Shown one piece after another: positions 46,451 through 56,974 of a DNA stretch of 64,000 nucleotides. The notes beneath the pieces were generated by a model that had not been told where the DNA came from, did not search any database, and saw nothing but the letters and a program-made list of their open reading frames with translations. The DNA is taken from assembly GCA_021108295.1 (NCBI GenBank), contig JAIORF010000102.1:226681-290680 (forward strand), read 5' to 3'. Source of the stretch: a bacterium. GTDB taxonomy: Bacteria; Patescibacteriota; Dojkabacteria; SC72. The position numbers and the translations under genes are program-made. Position 1 is the first letter of the stretch. Every line of letters begins with the position of its first letter.

Positions 46451-47485
46451 TTACTTCTCAACATTCTCTATCTCTATCCCACCCTTCAATAATATCTGGT
46501 TCATTCTCTTTACTGTCTCTACTGCTTCAGTACCATTCGCATACTCTGATAAGTAGCGGAAGTAACGCCGTATAATCTCTTGCTTTGCAGCTTCTCTACA
46601 CACACTATCATCTACAATCCCTGTAGCTGCCATATTTACCCCCATATCGGTTGGAGATTTATAATTTATCACATTCCCTCCAGATATCCTCTTTAGAATA
46701 CTCCTAAGTATTCTAAAGTTCACTATATCCCTATCATAATTAACTGCCAATATGTTGTATGCCTCTTTATGAAATGGGTCTATCATATTTATATCACCAA
46801 TATCTGCAGTAGCCGCTTCATAAGCAAGATTTATTGGGTGATTTAAAGACAAGTTCCAGATAGGAAATGTCTCAAACTTAGTATAACCAACCTCAACTCC
46901 CCCCCTATACTCATGATAAATCTGACTTAAGCACACACCCATTTTCCCAGAGCCTCCACCAGGTCCTGTTACAACAACTAACTTCTTCTTAGTTTCAATC
47001 TTAGACTGCTTAGGGAGATTTAAAAGTACACTCTCCATATTTGTAGAATATTCTGGAATTACATTATGAAGAAATGTAACAATCCCCATCTTTTCCAACC
47101 TGCTCTTAAATATCTCAACCCTCTGCTCATCCGTGTAACGTGTTATAACAACATTCTTAATCCCCATTCCATAATTCCTTAAGCTATCTATCTCCTTAAT
47201 GGCTTGATCATCATATGCCAATCCTGTATCACCTCGTATCTTCCCCTTTTCAATATCTTGTGCACTTATACAATAGATTATCTCTAAATCACCCAACTCT
47301 TTTAGAAGTTGTAATTTTGTATCAGGCCTATATCCAGGCAAAACCCTTACCGCATGCCTGTCATTAATTAATTTCCCACCAAACTCTAGATAAAGTTTAT
47401 CATACTGATCTAAACGCTCCGTAAGTTTTTTCTTCTGGGCTTCTAAATATTTATTTGTATCAAACCCCTGTTTTTGAGTATCCAT
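46451..47485 (-). CDS. UPF0371/DUF1846-like protein (apparently C-terminally short)
   Basis: It has the motifs LYLEFGGK, RVLPGY.PD.KLQLL, VVTGPGGGSGKMG (P-loop-like), KFETFPIWNL.LNHPINLAYEAATAD, SPTDMGVNM and EAAKQEIIRRY. I recognise these from memory as the UPF0371 family. The start is placed at MDTQKQGF; the track ORF extends to 47569. The stop abuts the tRNA-like remnant. Confidence 0.4.
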   Translation of the reverse strand: MDTQKQGFDTNKYLEAQKKKLTERLDQYDKLYLEFGGKLINDRHAVRVLPGYRPDTKLQLLKELGDLEIIYCISAQDIEKGKIRGDTGLAYDDQAIKEIDSLRNYGMGIKNVVITRYTDEQRVEIFKSRLEKMGIVTFLHNVIPEYSTNMESVLLNLPKQSKIETKKKLVVVTGPGGGSGKMGVCLSQIYHEYRGGVEVGYTKFETFPIWNLSLNHPINLAYEAATADIGDINMIDPFHKEAYNILAVNYDRDIVNFRILRSILKRISGGNVINYKSPTDMGVNMAATGIVDDSVCREAAKQEIIRRYFRYLSEYANGTEAVETVKRMNQILLKGGIEIENVEK

Positions 47486-47686
47486 AATGGTGTTGTATGG
47501 TAAAAATAAAAAAGAGAGTTTTTTTTTCATAGTTCTTAAACTATAAAAACCCTCTTTAACAAAAACCATGAAAAGTATAGCATACTCTTCTGTACAACGT
47601 AAGCAATATATAGATCATCGCAATGCTTGACTTGGTGCCCCTTATATATATACTATAAATATACTATATACAATTGAAAGAGATTA

Positions 47687-49870
47687 ATGAAAATATGCTG
47701 CCCTCCTAAAATCTTTCTCGTACTGTTTTTTATTCCACTAACACTGCTTTGTGTTCTAAGACCAATACCTCTACAAGCTGCCAGCACATCAATAGTTATT
47801 AATGAGATTGTGGGGAACCCCTCAGGTTCTGAGCCACTTAATGAATGGATTGAATTATACAATTCATCAAGTAACGAAGTGAATATGGCCGACTGGATAT
47901 TAACAGACCTTGATACCTCTGCCTCTGGAAGAGGTACCTCCTTGTACCATGATGGAGTTTTTATATTCCCACCTCTTATCGTTCCACCGGGTGGCTATGT
48001 CCTCGTTTCTGTTGGGGCACATGCAAATGGACAGGGCTACTATAATAATGATTATCACTTTGATTTCGCTTCGGGAGATTACACTTCCACCTTATACTGG
48101 GGACGAACCTCCGGTGGCCTAAACAACGCTGGTGAACAAATTGTTTTACTTGAACCAATTGATGGCATACTCCCTATTTATGACGATACAAACAACTACA
48201 TAAGAGGTACTTTAGTTGATTTTGTTACTTACGGAGGCATGGCATCCAGTGGTAATAACAATATTGCAATCGATGCAAACGCTAATGGTGTAATTGATGG
48301 AGATGAATACCCTGGAGGTACTGATTTTACCAATATTCAATCTGAAAGAGCACATGAACCAGGAACAAATTCTGACGATTCTTCCATAGCACTTGATCCA
48401 AACGGTGATGATCAAGATGGTAGTTCAGACTGGCAAGATATCACTGCTGGATTTGCCACACCTGGAACTTCTAATGACGGAAGTACCGGACCAAGCTCAA
48501 ACACCTTGTATGAAGAACAGTCGGGCCTAATTATCAACGAAATCGTATATAATCAGGCAGGTGGAGATGCTTGGCTGAATGAAGATGACGAACAGATTGA
48601 GCTATACAATCCAACAACGGAGCCAATTTATATTGGGAATTGGGCAATTACCGACTTAAAGACAGCTACAAGTGGTGGTAACCATGACACATACGACTAC
48701 AACTATCATGATCATGTTTTTATTTTCCCTGGGTTACTTGTTCCACCCCAAGGTTTCGTTGTTCTTAATTTAGGCCTGGAGAGACCACAAAGCGATTGGA
48801 GTTTCGAAGGTGATAATATGGTGACTATATATTGGGGACGTGACAGATGTATTCTCAATGACGATGGTGATGAAGTTGTCCTATTGAGTCCCATTGATTA
48901 CACAACCCCCGTCTACAACGATACTACGAATGTGTTGAGGGGGAATATCCTTGATGTAGTTATCTACAATTCCATAGGCTCTAATGATGGGAATGATATT
49001 ATAATTGATTCTAACGGAGACAATGATGGCGACGACCCTGGTGAGCATGCTGCTGGAGGATTTCTTAACAATCACACTGCCGCAACCCACACCGGCACCT
49101 CGCTAACAGGAGATGAAGAATCTATTGCTTTACATCACAACGGGGAGGATTCTGACAGTGATTCTTTTTGGTCAGTAGAAACACTTTCTACCTATTTATC
49201 AACTACACAACAATCAGCCACAAGACCTGTAAGTGGGGACATCTTTACATTTTACGGAGATGGTATAAGCATTGGGGCAAGAAACGATCAGCCAATTTCA
49301 ATCATTACGGTTGCAAATACTGCTATTGACCAAACAGGGGATGTAAATGTTCATGAAATTGGTGATAGAATTCAATATACGATTACATTGGAGAATTCTG
49401 GGGACAAAGAAGATGGGATTAGCTTTGAAATCGATACACCCTCACGCACAACCTATGTTTCATCTTCTGCAACTTCAGGAGTTCTCACTATGAATGGCGA
49501 CACACTCAACTGGACAGGATTAGTACCACGCACTAATCCAGTTACCCTCTATATGTACGTCGACATTGCATCAGATGACTCCCACAGCGGTGTCGTTAGT
49601 AGCCAAGGTATTGCCAGCTTTGATGGACAAGGTAATAATACCCAAAACACAACTTCTCTCTCAGATGATCCCGATACTCCCGACCAAGATGATGCTACTG
49701 TATTGGGAGTAGCAGACGATGGGGATAGTGGCTCAACAGAGACACTTAGTAGTACAGGGATTAACCAAATTGGACATATAAACTTTGCAAGATTACTAAT
49801 ACTGTTTTCTACACTAAGTCTTGCTATATCTCTGAGGTGGAAAGTAGAAATACCCTCCTCTTTTACTTAG
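47687..49870 (+). CDS. secreted lamin-tail-domain (LTD) x2 plus DUF11-like repeat surface protein with a C-terminal sorting-signal-like tail
   Basis: It has a signal peptide. Two LTD-like modules are present: SIVINEIVGNPSGSEPLNEWIELYNSS...WILTDLD, and LIINEIVYNQAGGDAWLNEDDEQIELYNPT...WAITDLK. A DUF11-like segment reads VANTAIDQTGDVNVHEIGDRIQYTITLENSGD. The C-terminus reads LSSTG, then a hydrophobic stretch (ARLLILFSTLSLAISL), then RWK. Confidence 0.65.
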   Translation: MKICCPPKIFLVLFFIPLTLLCVLRPIPLQAASTSIVINEIVGNPSGSEPLNEWIELYNSSSNEVNMADWILTDLDTSASGRGTSLYHDGVFIFPPLIVPPGGYVLVSVGAHANGQGYYNNDYHFDFASGDYTSTLYWGRTSGGLNNAGEQIVLLEPIDGILPIYDDTNNYIRGTLVDFVTYGGMASSGNNNIAIDANANGVIDGDEYPGGTDFTNIQSERAHEPGTNSDDSSIALDPNGDDQDGSSDWQDITAGFATPGTSNDGSTGPSSNTLYEEQSGLIINEIVYNQAGGDAWLNEDDEQIELYNPTTEPIYIGNWAITDLKTATSGGNHDTYDYNYHDHVFIFPGLLVPPQGFVVLNLGLERPQSDWSFEGDNMVTIYWGRDRCILNDDGDEVVLLSPIDYTTPVYNDTTNVLRGNILDVVIYNSIGSNDGNDIIIDSNGDNDGDDPGEHAAGGFLNNHTAATHTGTSLTGDEESIALHHNGEDSDSDSFWSVETLSTYLSTTQQSATRPVSGDIFTFYGDGISIGARNDQPISIITVANTAIDQTGDVNVHEIGDRIQYTITLENSGDKEDGISFEIDTPSRTTYVSSSATSGVLTMNGDTLNWTGLVPRTNPVTLYMYVDIASDDSHSGVVSSQGIASFDGQGNNTQNTTSLSDDPDTPDQDDATVLGVADDGDSGSTETLSSTGINQIGHINFARLLILFSTLSLAISLRWKVEIPSSFT

Positions 49871-50528
49871 GGAAAGCTTCAATCACAATACGTCCATCAT
49901 CCGATCCTGCGAGAGTACATGTATACAAGGTTAGCCTGCTCTTTTCTGTTTGCTTCTCTATTTCCATTTGGTCTGGCTCTACAACATAGATATTCTTAAC
50001 AACATATATATACATCACATGATTCCAAACAATTTTGATTTCATCATCCACTTCCAACTTATCAATATTATAAAAAGGAGACTTTCTTCTTGTACTATCT
50101 ACTGTCAGCCCAAGTTCTTGCCTATGTGCTGTCAAAAGAAAGTTCCCCACCTTCTCTGGATCCCCCATTTCAGGGAATTTGTGATATACCCCTAGAGACA
50201 AGACTTCCTCGCCACCTTCAAAGATCTCCTCAAACAAATCTATCTTGGGAATAATAATCCAATTCTTTTCAATAAATTCTTCTTCCATACTACCTACCTC
50301 AACCCCATTATCAATCACGGAGATATTCGATACCTCCTTTGGAAGAGGCATCATAATTGATGGAGACATAATTAACACCATCAAATAGATTCCTATCAAC
50401 AAACTCACTAAGGATGCAAATATTAAAAATCTACGAAGTCTAAAGGCGTTTTTATTAATTAGAGCCCTCACTTTCCTAACAAGAATATTATTGGAACTTT
50501 CCCTAAGGTAGGTCTCTGTTGTTTCCAA
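49863..50528 (-). CDS. sortase (class B/E-like transpeptidase)
   Basis: It has an N-terminal TM helix. The catalytic His is LLTAHRQ. The TLxTC motif is LTLYTCT. The conserved Arg is SDDGRIVIEAFP. It is convergent with, and overlaps by 8 bp, the 3' end of the LTD protein gene. The track ORF start overlaps rsmI by about 60 bp. Confidence 0.75.
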   Translation of the reverse strand: METTETYLRESSNNILVRKVRALINKNAFRLRRFLIFASLVSLLIGIYLMVLIMSPSIMMPLPKEVSNISVIDNGVEVGSMEEEFIEKNWIIIPKIDLFEEIFEGGEEVLSLGVYHKFPEMGDPEKVGNFLLTAHRQELGLTVDSTRRKSPFYNIDKLEVDDEIKIVWNHVMYIYVVKNIYVVEPDQMEIEKQTEKSRLTLYTCTLAGSDDGRIVIEAFPK

Positions 50529-51172
50529 ACACTAATTGGTTGTGTGATAATTTTTTCATTTTCTCCATTAACTTCAATTCCCAAACAAAGGATTGTGTCC
50601 TCTGGTAGTTCAAGTAGGGCCTTAAACATACCCTCATTTCTATATGGGGCTTCTATAAATATCTGGGTTCCTTCACCTTTGTATACTCGATGGAGTAATT
50701 TGTTTAAATCCCTTTTTCTTTTGTTTGATTTCCGTGCTAAGTACCCATTGAAGGTAAACTTCTCTGCGTATAATCCGCTTGCCATCAATGTAAGCAATAT
50801 GGAAGATGGGCCAATCATTGGTACCACTTCTATATCCAGTTTCTGACAAAGCATTACTACATCCTCTCCAGGATCAGCAATACATGGAGTTCCTGCATCA
50901 GTCATTAGGCCCATATCATTACCTACCATTAGAGGCTGAATTAGGTCCTGTATTTCTTCCTCTTTGGAGTGCTCATCATATATTCCCATCTCTATCTCTT
51001 GTATCGGGATATTGAGTTTAATACTAGAAAGATATGCTCTAGCAACCTTTGGTGTTTCTACAATGAAGTGTTTGAGATTACCCACAATCTTTATATCCAT
51101 TGGCAATATCGCACTATTGAAATCATCTCCTGATATTGGTGTTGGTATTAAGTAAAGTTTCCCTTTATTCAT
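50468..51172 (-). CDS. rsmI: 16S rRNA (cytidine1402-2'-O)-methyltransferase
   Basis: It has the tetrapyrrole-methylase fold motifs GKLYLIPTPI and LMTDAGTPCIADPG. It is 234 aa. Confidence 0.8.
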   Translation of the reverse strand: MNKGKLYLIPTPISGDDFNSAILPMDIKIVGNLKHFIVETPKVARAYLSSIKLNIPIQEIEMGIYDEHSKEEEIQDLIQPLMVGNDMGLMTDAGTPCIADPGEDVVMLCQKLDIEVVPMIGPSSILLTLMASGLYAEKFTFNGYLARKSNKRKRDLNKLLHRVYKGEGTQIFIEAPYRNEGMFKALLELPEDTILCLGIEVNGENEKIITQPISVWKQQRPTLGKVPIIFLLGK

Positions 51173-52995
51173 TAATATGTTCTATCAAATTTACTATCTA
51201 TCTCCCCTATTCTCATTTTCCATACAATTGGTCTTCCATGAGGGCATGAGTAGGGATTCTCACAATCTAGTAGGTTGTAGTATATATCCTTCATAAGTGG
51301 AACCTCTAATCTTTGTCCAGCCCTAATACTGGCATGACAAGCCATAGTAGCTACCACATCCATTTTAAGCCTATCTAAGTCTTTCTTACTGTCCTCAATA
51401 TCCATATGTGTGATATCTTCAAAGAGTTTAGTGATATCTGCATGCACAAATTCCACAGGAATAGATTTAACAATCAATTTATCCTTCTTAATTTCAATAT
51501 CAAAACCGAGATTGTTTATCATACCCTTGTTCTCCTCTAAAAATTCAATGTCGGAGTGTGTAATACCCATCTCAGTTGGGACTAAGAGGTTTTGAATATC
51601 GGTATTCTTAATTTCTACACTCTTAGAAAGTTTCTCAAAGGTAATTCTCTCTGCTGCAGCGTGTTGATCTATCATCCATATCTCATCTTCAAATTCTACA
51701 ATGATATATTTCTTAAATATTTGATAAAAAGAGAAAACCTCCTCTTTTTTGTAATCCTTGCCTTCTTCTTTAGACTCTAGGAAAGATGTTTGTATACCGA
51801 TATCAGATGCGCCTAATGGTTTGGAGTCTTTTAATATAGCTTCACTGAACTTCAAGCTATCTTTTACTGTACCACCCTTAGAAAAGGAAATGTTCTTAGA
51901 TGTAGTGTAATCCTTTGGCTTTCTAGAGAAGTCGGGAGTGTATTGAGCTTTACTATCATCCTTCCCAACATCTTTGTAGCTTACAAGATTTTCTATAGCT
52001 TTGGACACTGCCTGTTCTACAGCAGAGAATACTCTATATGGGTTTAAGAATTTCACCTCTTCTTTCCTTGGATGAATATTTACATCTACCAGTTCTGGAT
52101 TAATATTAACTGCAATTAGGAAAGGGACTTTCTCTCCATGGGGAATATATCGCTCATAGCCCTGTATTACAGCTCTAGCAATCCCATTGTCCCATACGCT
52201 TCTTCCATTCACAAAGATATGTTGAAACTTAGTTCTTTTCTTGTGATCTGATGGATGTGCAGTTAGACCAGAGACCTTAATACCATTACCTTCAAAAAAC
52301 ACTTCTTTCATCCTATCTACAAAATCTTGTTTAAGTACCTCTTTTACTCTACCTTTCTCCAATATTCCAGCATTTGCTTCTTTAGATAGAAGATTAATGA
52401 CCTGTTTGTCATCTTTAAAAAATTCGAAGTGAATATTGGGATATATCAGGAAGTAAGAAGTTAGCATATCTAGGATGTGCCTGTACTCTGTCTGTGTTGT
52501 TTTAAGATATTTCTTCCTTACTGGTATATTCTCAAAAATGTTCTCTACCTTTACTACAGTACCACTCTCTCTAGGAGCACTACTAATTCTTTGCTGTGAG
52601 TCAGTACTAAACGATATCTTGTTACCGACCTTCTCCCCCTCATACTTTGATGTCATACTAACCTTAGAGACTGCTACAATGGTAGAGAGTGCTTCCCCTC
52701 TAAACCCCATACTTAGCAAAGTATTAAGATCATCCATATCGGACAACTTAGTAGTAGTATGTGCTAAGAATATGTCAGAGAGATTCTCCTTGGGAATACC
52801 TACTCCATTATCACTTACTTCAATGAGTGACATACCTCCATCCCTCACTTTGATTGTAATCTTGGTAGCTCCTGCATCAATACTGTTGTCTAGTAGCTCC
52901 TTTACAATGGATGAGGGTCTTTCGATAACCTCTCCCGCTGCTATCTGATTTATCACTTCCTTTGTAAGTTTATTAAGCTGTAATTTCTTTTTCAT
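51172..52995 (-). CDS. mutL: DNA mismatch repair protein MutL
   Basis: It has an N-terminal GHKL ATPase (IAAGEVIERPSSIVKELLDNSIDAGAT, DNGVGI, GFRGEAL). The C-terminal dimerisation domain has the endonuclease-type motifs. It is 607 aa. Confidence 0.9.
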   Translation of the reverse strand: MKKKLQLNKLTKEVINQIAAGEVIERPSSIVKELLDNSIDAGATKITIKVRDGGMSLIEVSDNGVGIPKENLSDIFLAHTTTKLSDMDDLNTLLSMGFRGEALSTIVAVSKVSMTSKYEGEKVGNKISFSTDSQQRISSAPRESGTVVKVENIFENIPVRKKYLKTTQTEYRHILDMLTSYFLIYPNIHFEFFKDDKQVINLLSKEANAGILEKGRVKEVLKQDFVDRMKEVFFEGNGIKVSGLTAHPSDHKKRTKFQHIFVNGRSVWDNGIARAVIQGYERYIPHGEKVPFLIAVNINPELVDVNIHPRKEEVKFLNPYRVFSAVEQAVSKAIENLVSYKDVGKDDSKAQYTPDFSRKPKDYTTSKNISFSKGGTVKDSLKFSEAILKDSKPLGASDIGIQTSFLESKEEGKDYKKEEVFSFYQIFKKYIIVEFEDEIWMIDQHAAAERITFEKLSKSVEIKNTDIQNLLVPTEMGITHSDIEFLEENKGMINNLGFDIEIKKDKLIVKSIPVEFVHADITKLFEDITHMDIEDSKKDLDRLKMDVVATMACHASIRAGQRLEVPLMKDIYYNLLDCENPYSCPHGRPIVWKMRIGEIDSKFDRTY

Positions 52996-53027
52996 ACAAC
53001 ATATTGTAACACAACTGAAGTGTAGAT

Positions 53028-55016
53028 ATGTTAAAATTAGAGATGATTAAGAACAATTTCAAGCTACAATCAAAATACAAACCTTCTGAGGATCAATCTA
53101 AGGTAATTTCTCAATTAGGGGATGGTCTTGAGAAAGAAAACACAAAACAAACATTGCTTGGTGTAACTGGTTCAGGAAAAACCTTTGTGATGGCTAATCT
53201 CATTGAGCAGTACAACAAACCTACTTTGGTACTTTCTCACAACAAGACTCTGGCGGCACAGCTGTATGAGGAGTTTAAGGAGTTCTTTCCAAACAATGCT
53301 GTTAAATATTTTGTATCCTACTACGATTACTACCAACCAGAGGCATATGTTCCTTCTAAAGATCTCTACATTGAAAAAGAATCTCAGGTGAATGACGAGA
53401 TAGAGGCGATGAGGTCTAGTGCAATGAATGCGTTGCTTAATAGGACGGATACTGTAGTGGTTGCTTCTGTGTCTTGTATTTACAATATTGGTAGTCCAGA
53501 GAACTACAAGAACAAGGCTATCTATCTCAATATTGGTCAGAGTATTAATCTTGATACTCTTGCAAGACAGCTTATATTCATGAGATATGAACGAAGTACA
53601 TATGATTTAGAGAGAAAAGGGTTTAGGATATCGGGGGATAATGTGGAAATATATATGCCATATGATGAGTACCCCGTAAGAATTGAGTTCTGGGGTAACG
53701 AGATTGATGCTATTTCTAAAATACATCCAATTACAAGACAGAAGGTTGAGGAGTTAAAAGAGTTGGATGTTTTTCCAGCTACACCTTTGGTGTTTGAAAG
53801 AGAGAAGATATTGGATGCGGTAGAGAGGATAAAGGGGGATTTAGAGAAGCGAGTAGATTTTCTTAAGAATATTGGGAAGTTGGTAGAGGCTCAAAGGTTA
53901 GAAGAAAAGACTATGTATGATTTAGAAATGCTTAGGGAGGTTGGATATTGTAAGAGTATGGAGAACTACTCCATCTACTTTGATGGTAGGAGTACAGGAG
54001 AACCTCCTTTTTCACTTCTTGATTACTTTCCCAAAGATTATCTTCTCTTAATTGATGAGAGCCATATCACTATTCCTCAGGTTGGTGGTATGTACAATGG
54101 GGATAGGGCAAGGAAAACCAATTTGATTGAGTACGGTTTTAGATTGCCAAGTGCATATGATAATAGGCCTCTTAATTTCGAAGAGTTTAGAGATAGACAG
54201 AGTAATACCATATATTTCTCTGCTACTCCTAATGAGTGGGAGTTAAGGGATAGTAATAAGCGTATAAGTGAATTACTAACTCGACCTACTGGTTTACTCG
54301 ACCCTGTTATCGATGTAAGACCTACAGAGAACCAAATAGATGATGTAATTAGTGAGATTGGTAAGAATGTAGAGAAGGGACAGAGGGTAATTGTAACAAC
54401 TTTGACCAAGAAGATGTCAGAAGATCTCACCGACTATCTCAAGGAATTAAATATCAAGGTACAGTATCTTCACTCCGATATTGATACTGTAGAGCGTGTA
54501 GAGATTCTTAGGAATTTAAGACTTGGTAAGTATGATGTGGTTGTAGGTATTAATCTTCTTAGAGAGGGTATTGATCTTCCAGAGGTTTCACTAGTACTCA
54601 TCTTGGATGCAGACAAGGAGGGTTTCCTTAGATCCAAGACCAGTTTAGTTCAAACCATCGGGAGAGCCGCTAGACATGTAGAGGGTAGAGTCATCTTGTA
54701 CGCAGACAAGGAGACGGACAGTATGAGGTATGCTATAGAAGAGACCAATCGTAGACGAGAGTATCAGATGGAGTACAACAAGGAGCACGGGATTACTCCA
54801 AAGAGTATAGAGAAAGAGATTAGGGATTCGTTAGTAGAGAAAGAGAAATTAGAGGATAGGTCTGTAGAGTTTGATATCAAAGCTCTTTCAGAGAAGCAGA
54901 AGAGGTTACTAATTAAGGATTTAGACTCTAAGATGTTGTTTGCTGCTTCTAACTTACAGTTTGAGAAGGCAGCAGATTTAAGAGACCGAATTAAAGATAT
55001 TAAATTAAGTATATAA
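53028..55016 (+). CDS. uvrB: excinuclease ABC subunit B
   Basis: It has Walker A (GVTGSGKTF), helicase motifs and the C-terminal UVR domain (ASNLQFEKAADLRDRI). It is 662 aa. Confidence 0.92.
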   Translation: MLKLEMIKNNFKLQSKYKPSEDQSKVISQLGDGLEKENTKQTLLGVTGSGKTFVMANLIEQYNKPTLVLSHNKTLAAQLYEEFKEFFPNNAVKYFVSYYDYYQPEAYVPSKDLYIEKESQVNDEIEAMRSSAMNALLNRTDTVVVASVSCIYNIGSPENYKNKAIYLNIGQSINLDTLARQLIFMRYERSTYDLERKGFRISGDNVEIYMPYDEYPVRIEFWGNEIDAISKIHPITRQKVEELKELDVFPATPLVFEREKILDAVERIKGDLEKRVDFLKNIGKLVEAQRLEEKTMYDLEMLREVGYCKSMENYSIYFDGRSTGEPPFSLLDYFPKDYLLLIDESHITIPQVGGMYNGDRARKTNLIEYGFRLPSAYDNRPLNFEEFRDRQSNTIYFSATPNEWELRDSNKRISELLTRPTGLLDPVIDVRPTENQIDDVISEIGKNVEKGQRVIVTTLTKKMSEDLTDYLKELNIKVQYLHSDIDTVERVEILRNLRLGKYDVVVGINLLREGIDLPEVSLVLILDADKEGFLRSKTSLVQTIGRAARHVEGRVILYADKETDSMRYAIEETNRRREYQMEYNKEHGITPKSIEKEIRDSLVEKEKLEDRSVEFDIKALSEKQKRLLIKDLDSKMLFAASNLQFEKAADLRDRIKDIKLSI

Positions 55017-55020
55017 ATAT

Positions 55021-55800
55021 ATGTTTGAATTTCTTAAAGGTAAAACACGCTATGCTCTAGCACTTGGCTCAGGTGGAGCTAAGGGTTTTGTACATATTGG
55101 TGTAATCAAAGCCCTTGAAGAGCTAGATATTGAAATCACCCATATTGGTGGTACCAGTATTGGTGCTCTAATTGGAGGAATGTATGCACTGTGGGGAAAT
55201 ATCTCTCAAGTTGAGACTATCTTTGTTGGATATGATACAAAACGATTACTTCAAATTTTTGGCAGTGATGTTGGGTTACTAAACGGCGTACTTAAAGGGG
55301 ACGCTTTTATGGAAGAGTTAGAAAAGTATGTTGGTAATGCCAGTATTTCCGATTGTGCGATCCCTTTTATAGCAGTTAGTGTAAATATTCTAACAGGAGA
55401 GAAAGTTTATCATACTTCAGGGCTACTTAAAGATGCAATGAGGGCTAGTTCTTCTATCCCTCTTGTTTTCAAACCTTTCGAAAACAATGGTAGATATCTA
55501 GTAGATGGGGCTCTTGCTGAGAGTGTCCCTGTACATGCCGTTAAGAGTATTGGAGGGAGGAAGGTTCTTGGAGTAAATGTTCAGGGGTTATTTGAGGATG
55601 ATGGTAAGAAACTTAATATTGCAGAGTTATCAAATAGGATATATTTAACAAATTTATATCATATTGCACAGAAGGATTTAGAATCTGCAAACAAGAAACT
55701 GTTTATCAATATCAAGAACAATTCTCTGAAGAAGATGGTAGAGAAGAGGGTTGAATACATTGATATGGGGTATAAAGAAACTCTTCGGTTATTCAAGTAA
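55021..55800 (+). CDS. patatin-like phospholipase
   Basis: The oxyanion motif is GSGGAKG. The nucleophile elbow is GTSIG. The Asp dyad is LVDGAL. It is 259 aa. Confidence 0.8.
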   Translation: MFEFLKGKTRYALALGSGGAKGFVHIGVIKALEELDIEITHIGGTSIGALIGGMYALWGNISQVETIFVGYDTKRLLQIFGSDVGLLNGVLKGDAFMEELEKYVGNASISDCAIPFIAVSVNILTGEKVYHTSGLLKDAMRASSSIPLVFKPFENNGRYLVDGALAESVPVHAVKSIGGRKVLGVNVQGLFEDDGKKLNIAELSNRIYLTNLYHIAQKDLESANKKLFINIKNNSLKKMVEKRVEYIDMGYKETLRLFK

Positions 55801-56665
55801 ATATTGATAATTGTCTCTCTGGTTCATACTTAACTCTTTTGTTTTGAAAATTGTATTTCTTCTTGATATTTCTAATCTTAATATAGAAAGCATCTCTATA
55901 AACCTTTTCTACAAAAGCACCTTTATACATCCTCTCATACTTAGGTAGAAGTAAAGGGTATTCTTTTTTTAGAAATTTAAATACTTTTTCTTTTGTGTCT
56001 CCCTTTAGATTAAGGATAGCGGGTAGTACAAAGTCTATACCTGTCTCCTTAGCATTCTTAAATATATATTCTAAACTCTCCACATCATCTGTGATATATG
56101 GGAATATTGGCATCATTAGTATACCTGTACCTGCTTTAGTCTCTTTTTTAATTCTCTCTAGCATATTAAATCTTTTAATTGTTGGTGGAGAGTATGGTTC
56201 GAACTTTTTACGTTTTTTTTCTTCTTTAAAGGCAATACTGGATGCAATATTTACTACGGTTTTTTCAGACAGTTCTTTTATCAACTCTATATCTCTTAGT
56301 ATAAGGTCTGATTTAGTACATATACATATTGGGTTTTCATACTTAATCATTAGTTTAAGGATCTTAGGCATTAGTTCTAATTTCTTTTCTATTGGTTGGT
56401 ATGTGTCTGTTACTCCCCCAATATTTATCACTTCTCCTTTCCAGTTTCTAGAGGTTAGTTGTTTTTCTAAAACCTCTACTATATTTTCTTTGTAGTAGAT
56501 ATCATTGAAAAAGTCTTTTGAGTCTAAGTATTTATGTGAGTATTGAGCAAAGCAGTATATACAGTTGTGTTTACATCCTCTGTATATGTTTAGATCATAT
56601 TTGTATGGTAGGTAGTTAGATTTGAGTTTGTGTAGGGCTGTTTTTGATTGGAGAGGTTTGTACAT
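55793..56665 (-). CDS. radical SAM protein, SPL/DNA-photolyase-like (COG1533-type)
   Basis: It has an N-terminal CxxxCxxC (YRGCKHNCIYCFA). Its length and composition are typical of the spore-photoproduct-lyase-like family. It is 290 aa. Confidence 0.55.
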   Translation of the reverse strand: MYKPLQSKTALHKLKSNYLPYKYDLNIYRGCKHNCIYCFAQYSHKYLDSKDFFNDIYYKENIVEVLEKQLTSRNWKGEVINIGGVTDTYQPIEKKLELMPKILKLMIKYENPICICTKSDLILRDIELIKELSEKTVVNIASSIAFKEEKKRKKFEPYSPPTIKRFNMLERIKKETKAGTGILMMPIFPYITDDVESLEYIFKNAKETGIDFVLPAILNLKGDTKEKVFKFLKKEYPLLLPKYERMYKGAFVEKVYRDAFYIKIRNIKKKYNFQNKRVKYEPERQLSIFT

Positions 56666-56688
56666 AGGGTATTATATCACTCCACAGA

Positions 56689-56970
56689 CTACTTCTTACC
56701 TTTTCTTTTTATTAGTAGAATGATCTGATAGAGGAGTAATCCAAATATTCCTCCTAGGATTAAACCTAGTGCTCCGAAGATGATTACTGTAACTATAATG
56801 AGTCCTATTGAACCGAATATTGCGTCAAATCCAGAGAGTTCTGCCATTTGTGTTGGGAACCAGAATTGGAGACCATACATTACCGAAAGGATTGCTCCAC
56901 CAACAGCCCCTATTACAATCACTAGGAAATTCTTCCCAGCTTTTTTAATTAATGATTCCTTTTTTTTCAT
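56689..56970 (-). CDS. small membrane protein (93 aa)
   Basis: It has two or three hydrophobic helices and a Lys-rich C-terminus. Confidence 0.35.
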   Translation of the reverse strand: MKKKESLIKKAGKNFLVIVIGAVGGAILSVMYGLQFWFPTQMAELSGFDAIFGSIGLIIVTVIIFGALGLILGGIFGLLLYQIILLIKRKGKK

Positions 56971-56974
56971 TTAT

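Noticed and set aside
50468-50528. A 61-bp overlap between the rsmI 3' end and the sortase 5' end as evidence of a frameshift
   Set aside because: Both proteins are full-length relative to their families. The overlap more likely reflects an over-extended N-terminus of the sortase ORF in the track; an internal or alternative start is probable. It is not a disrupted gene.
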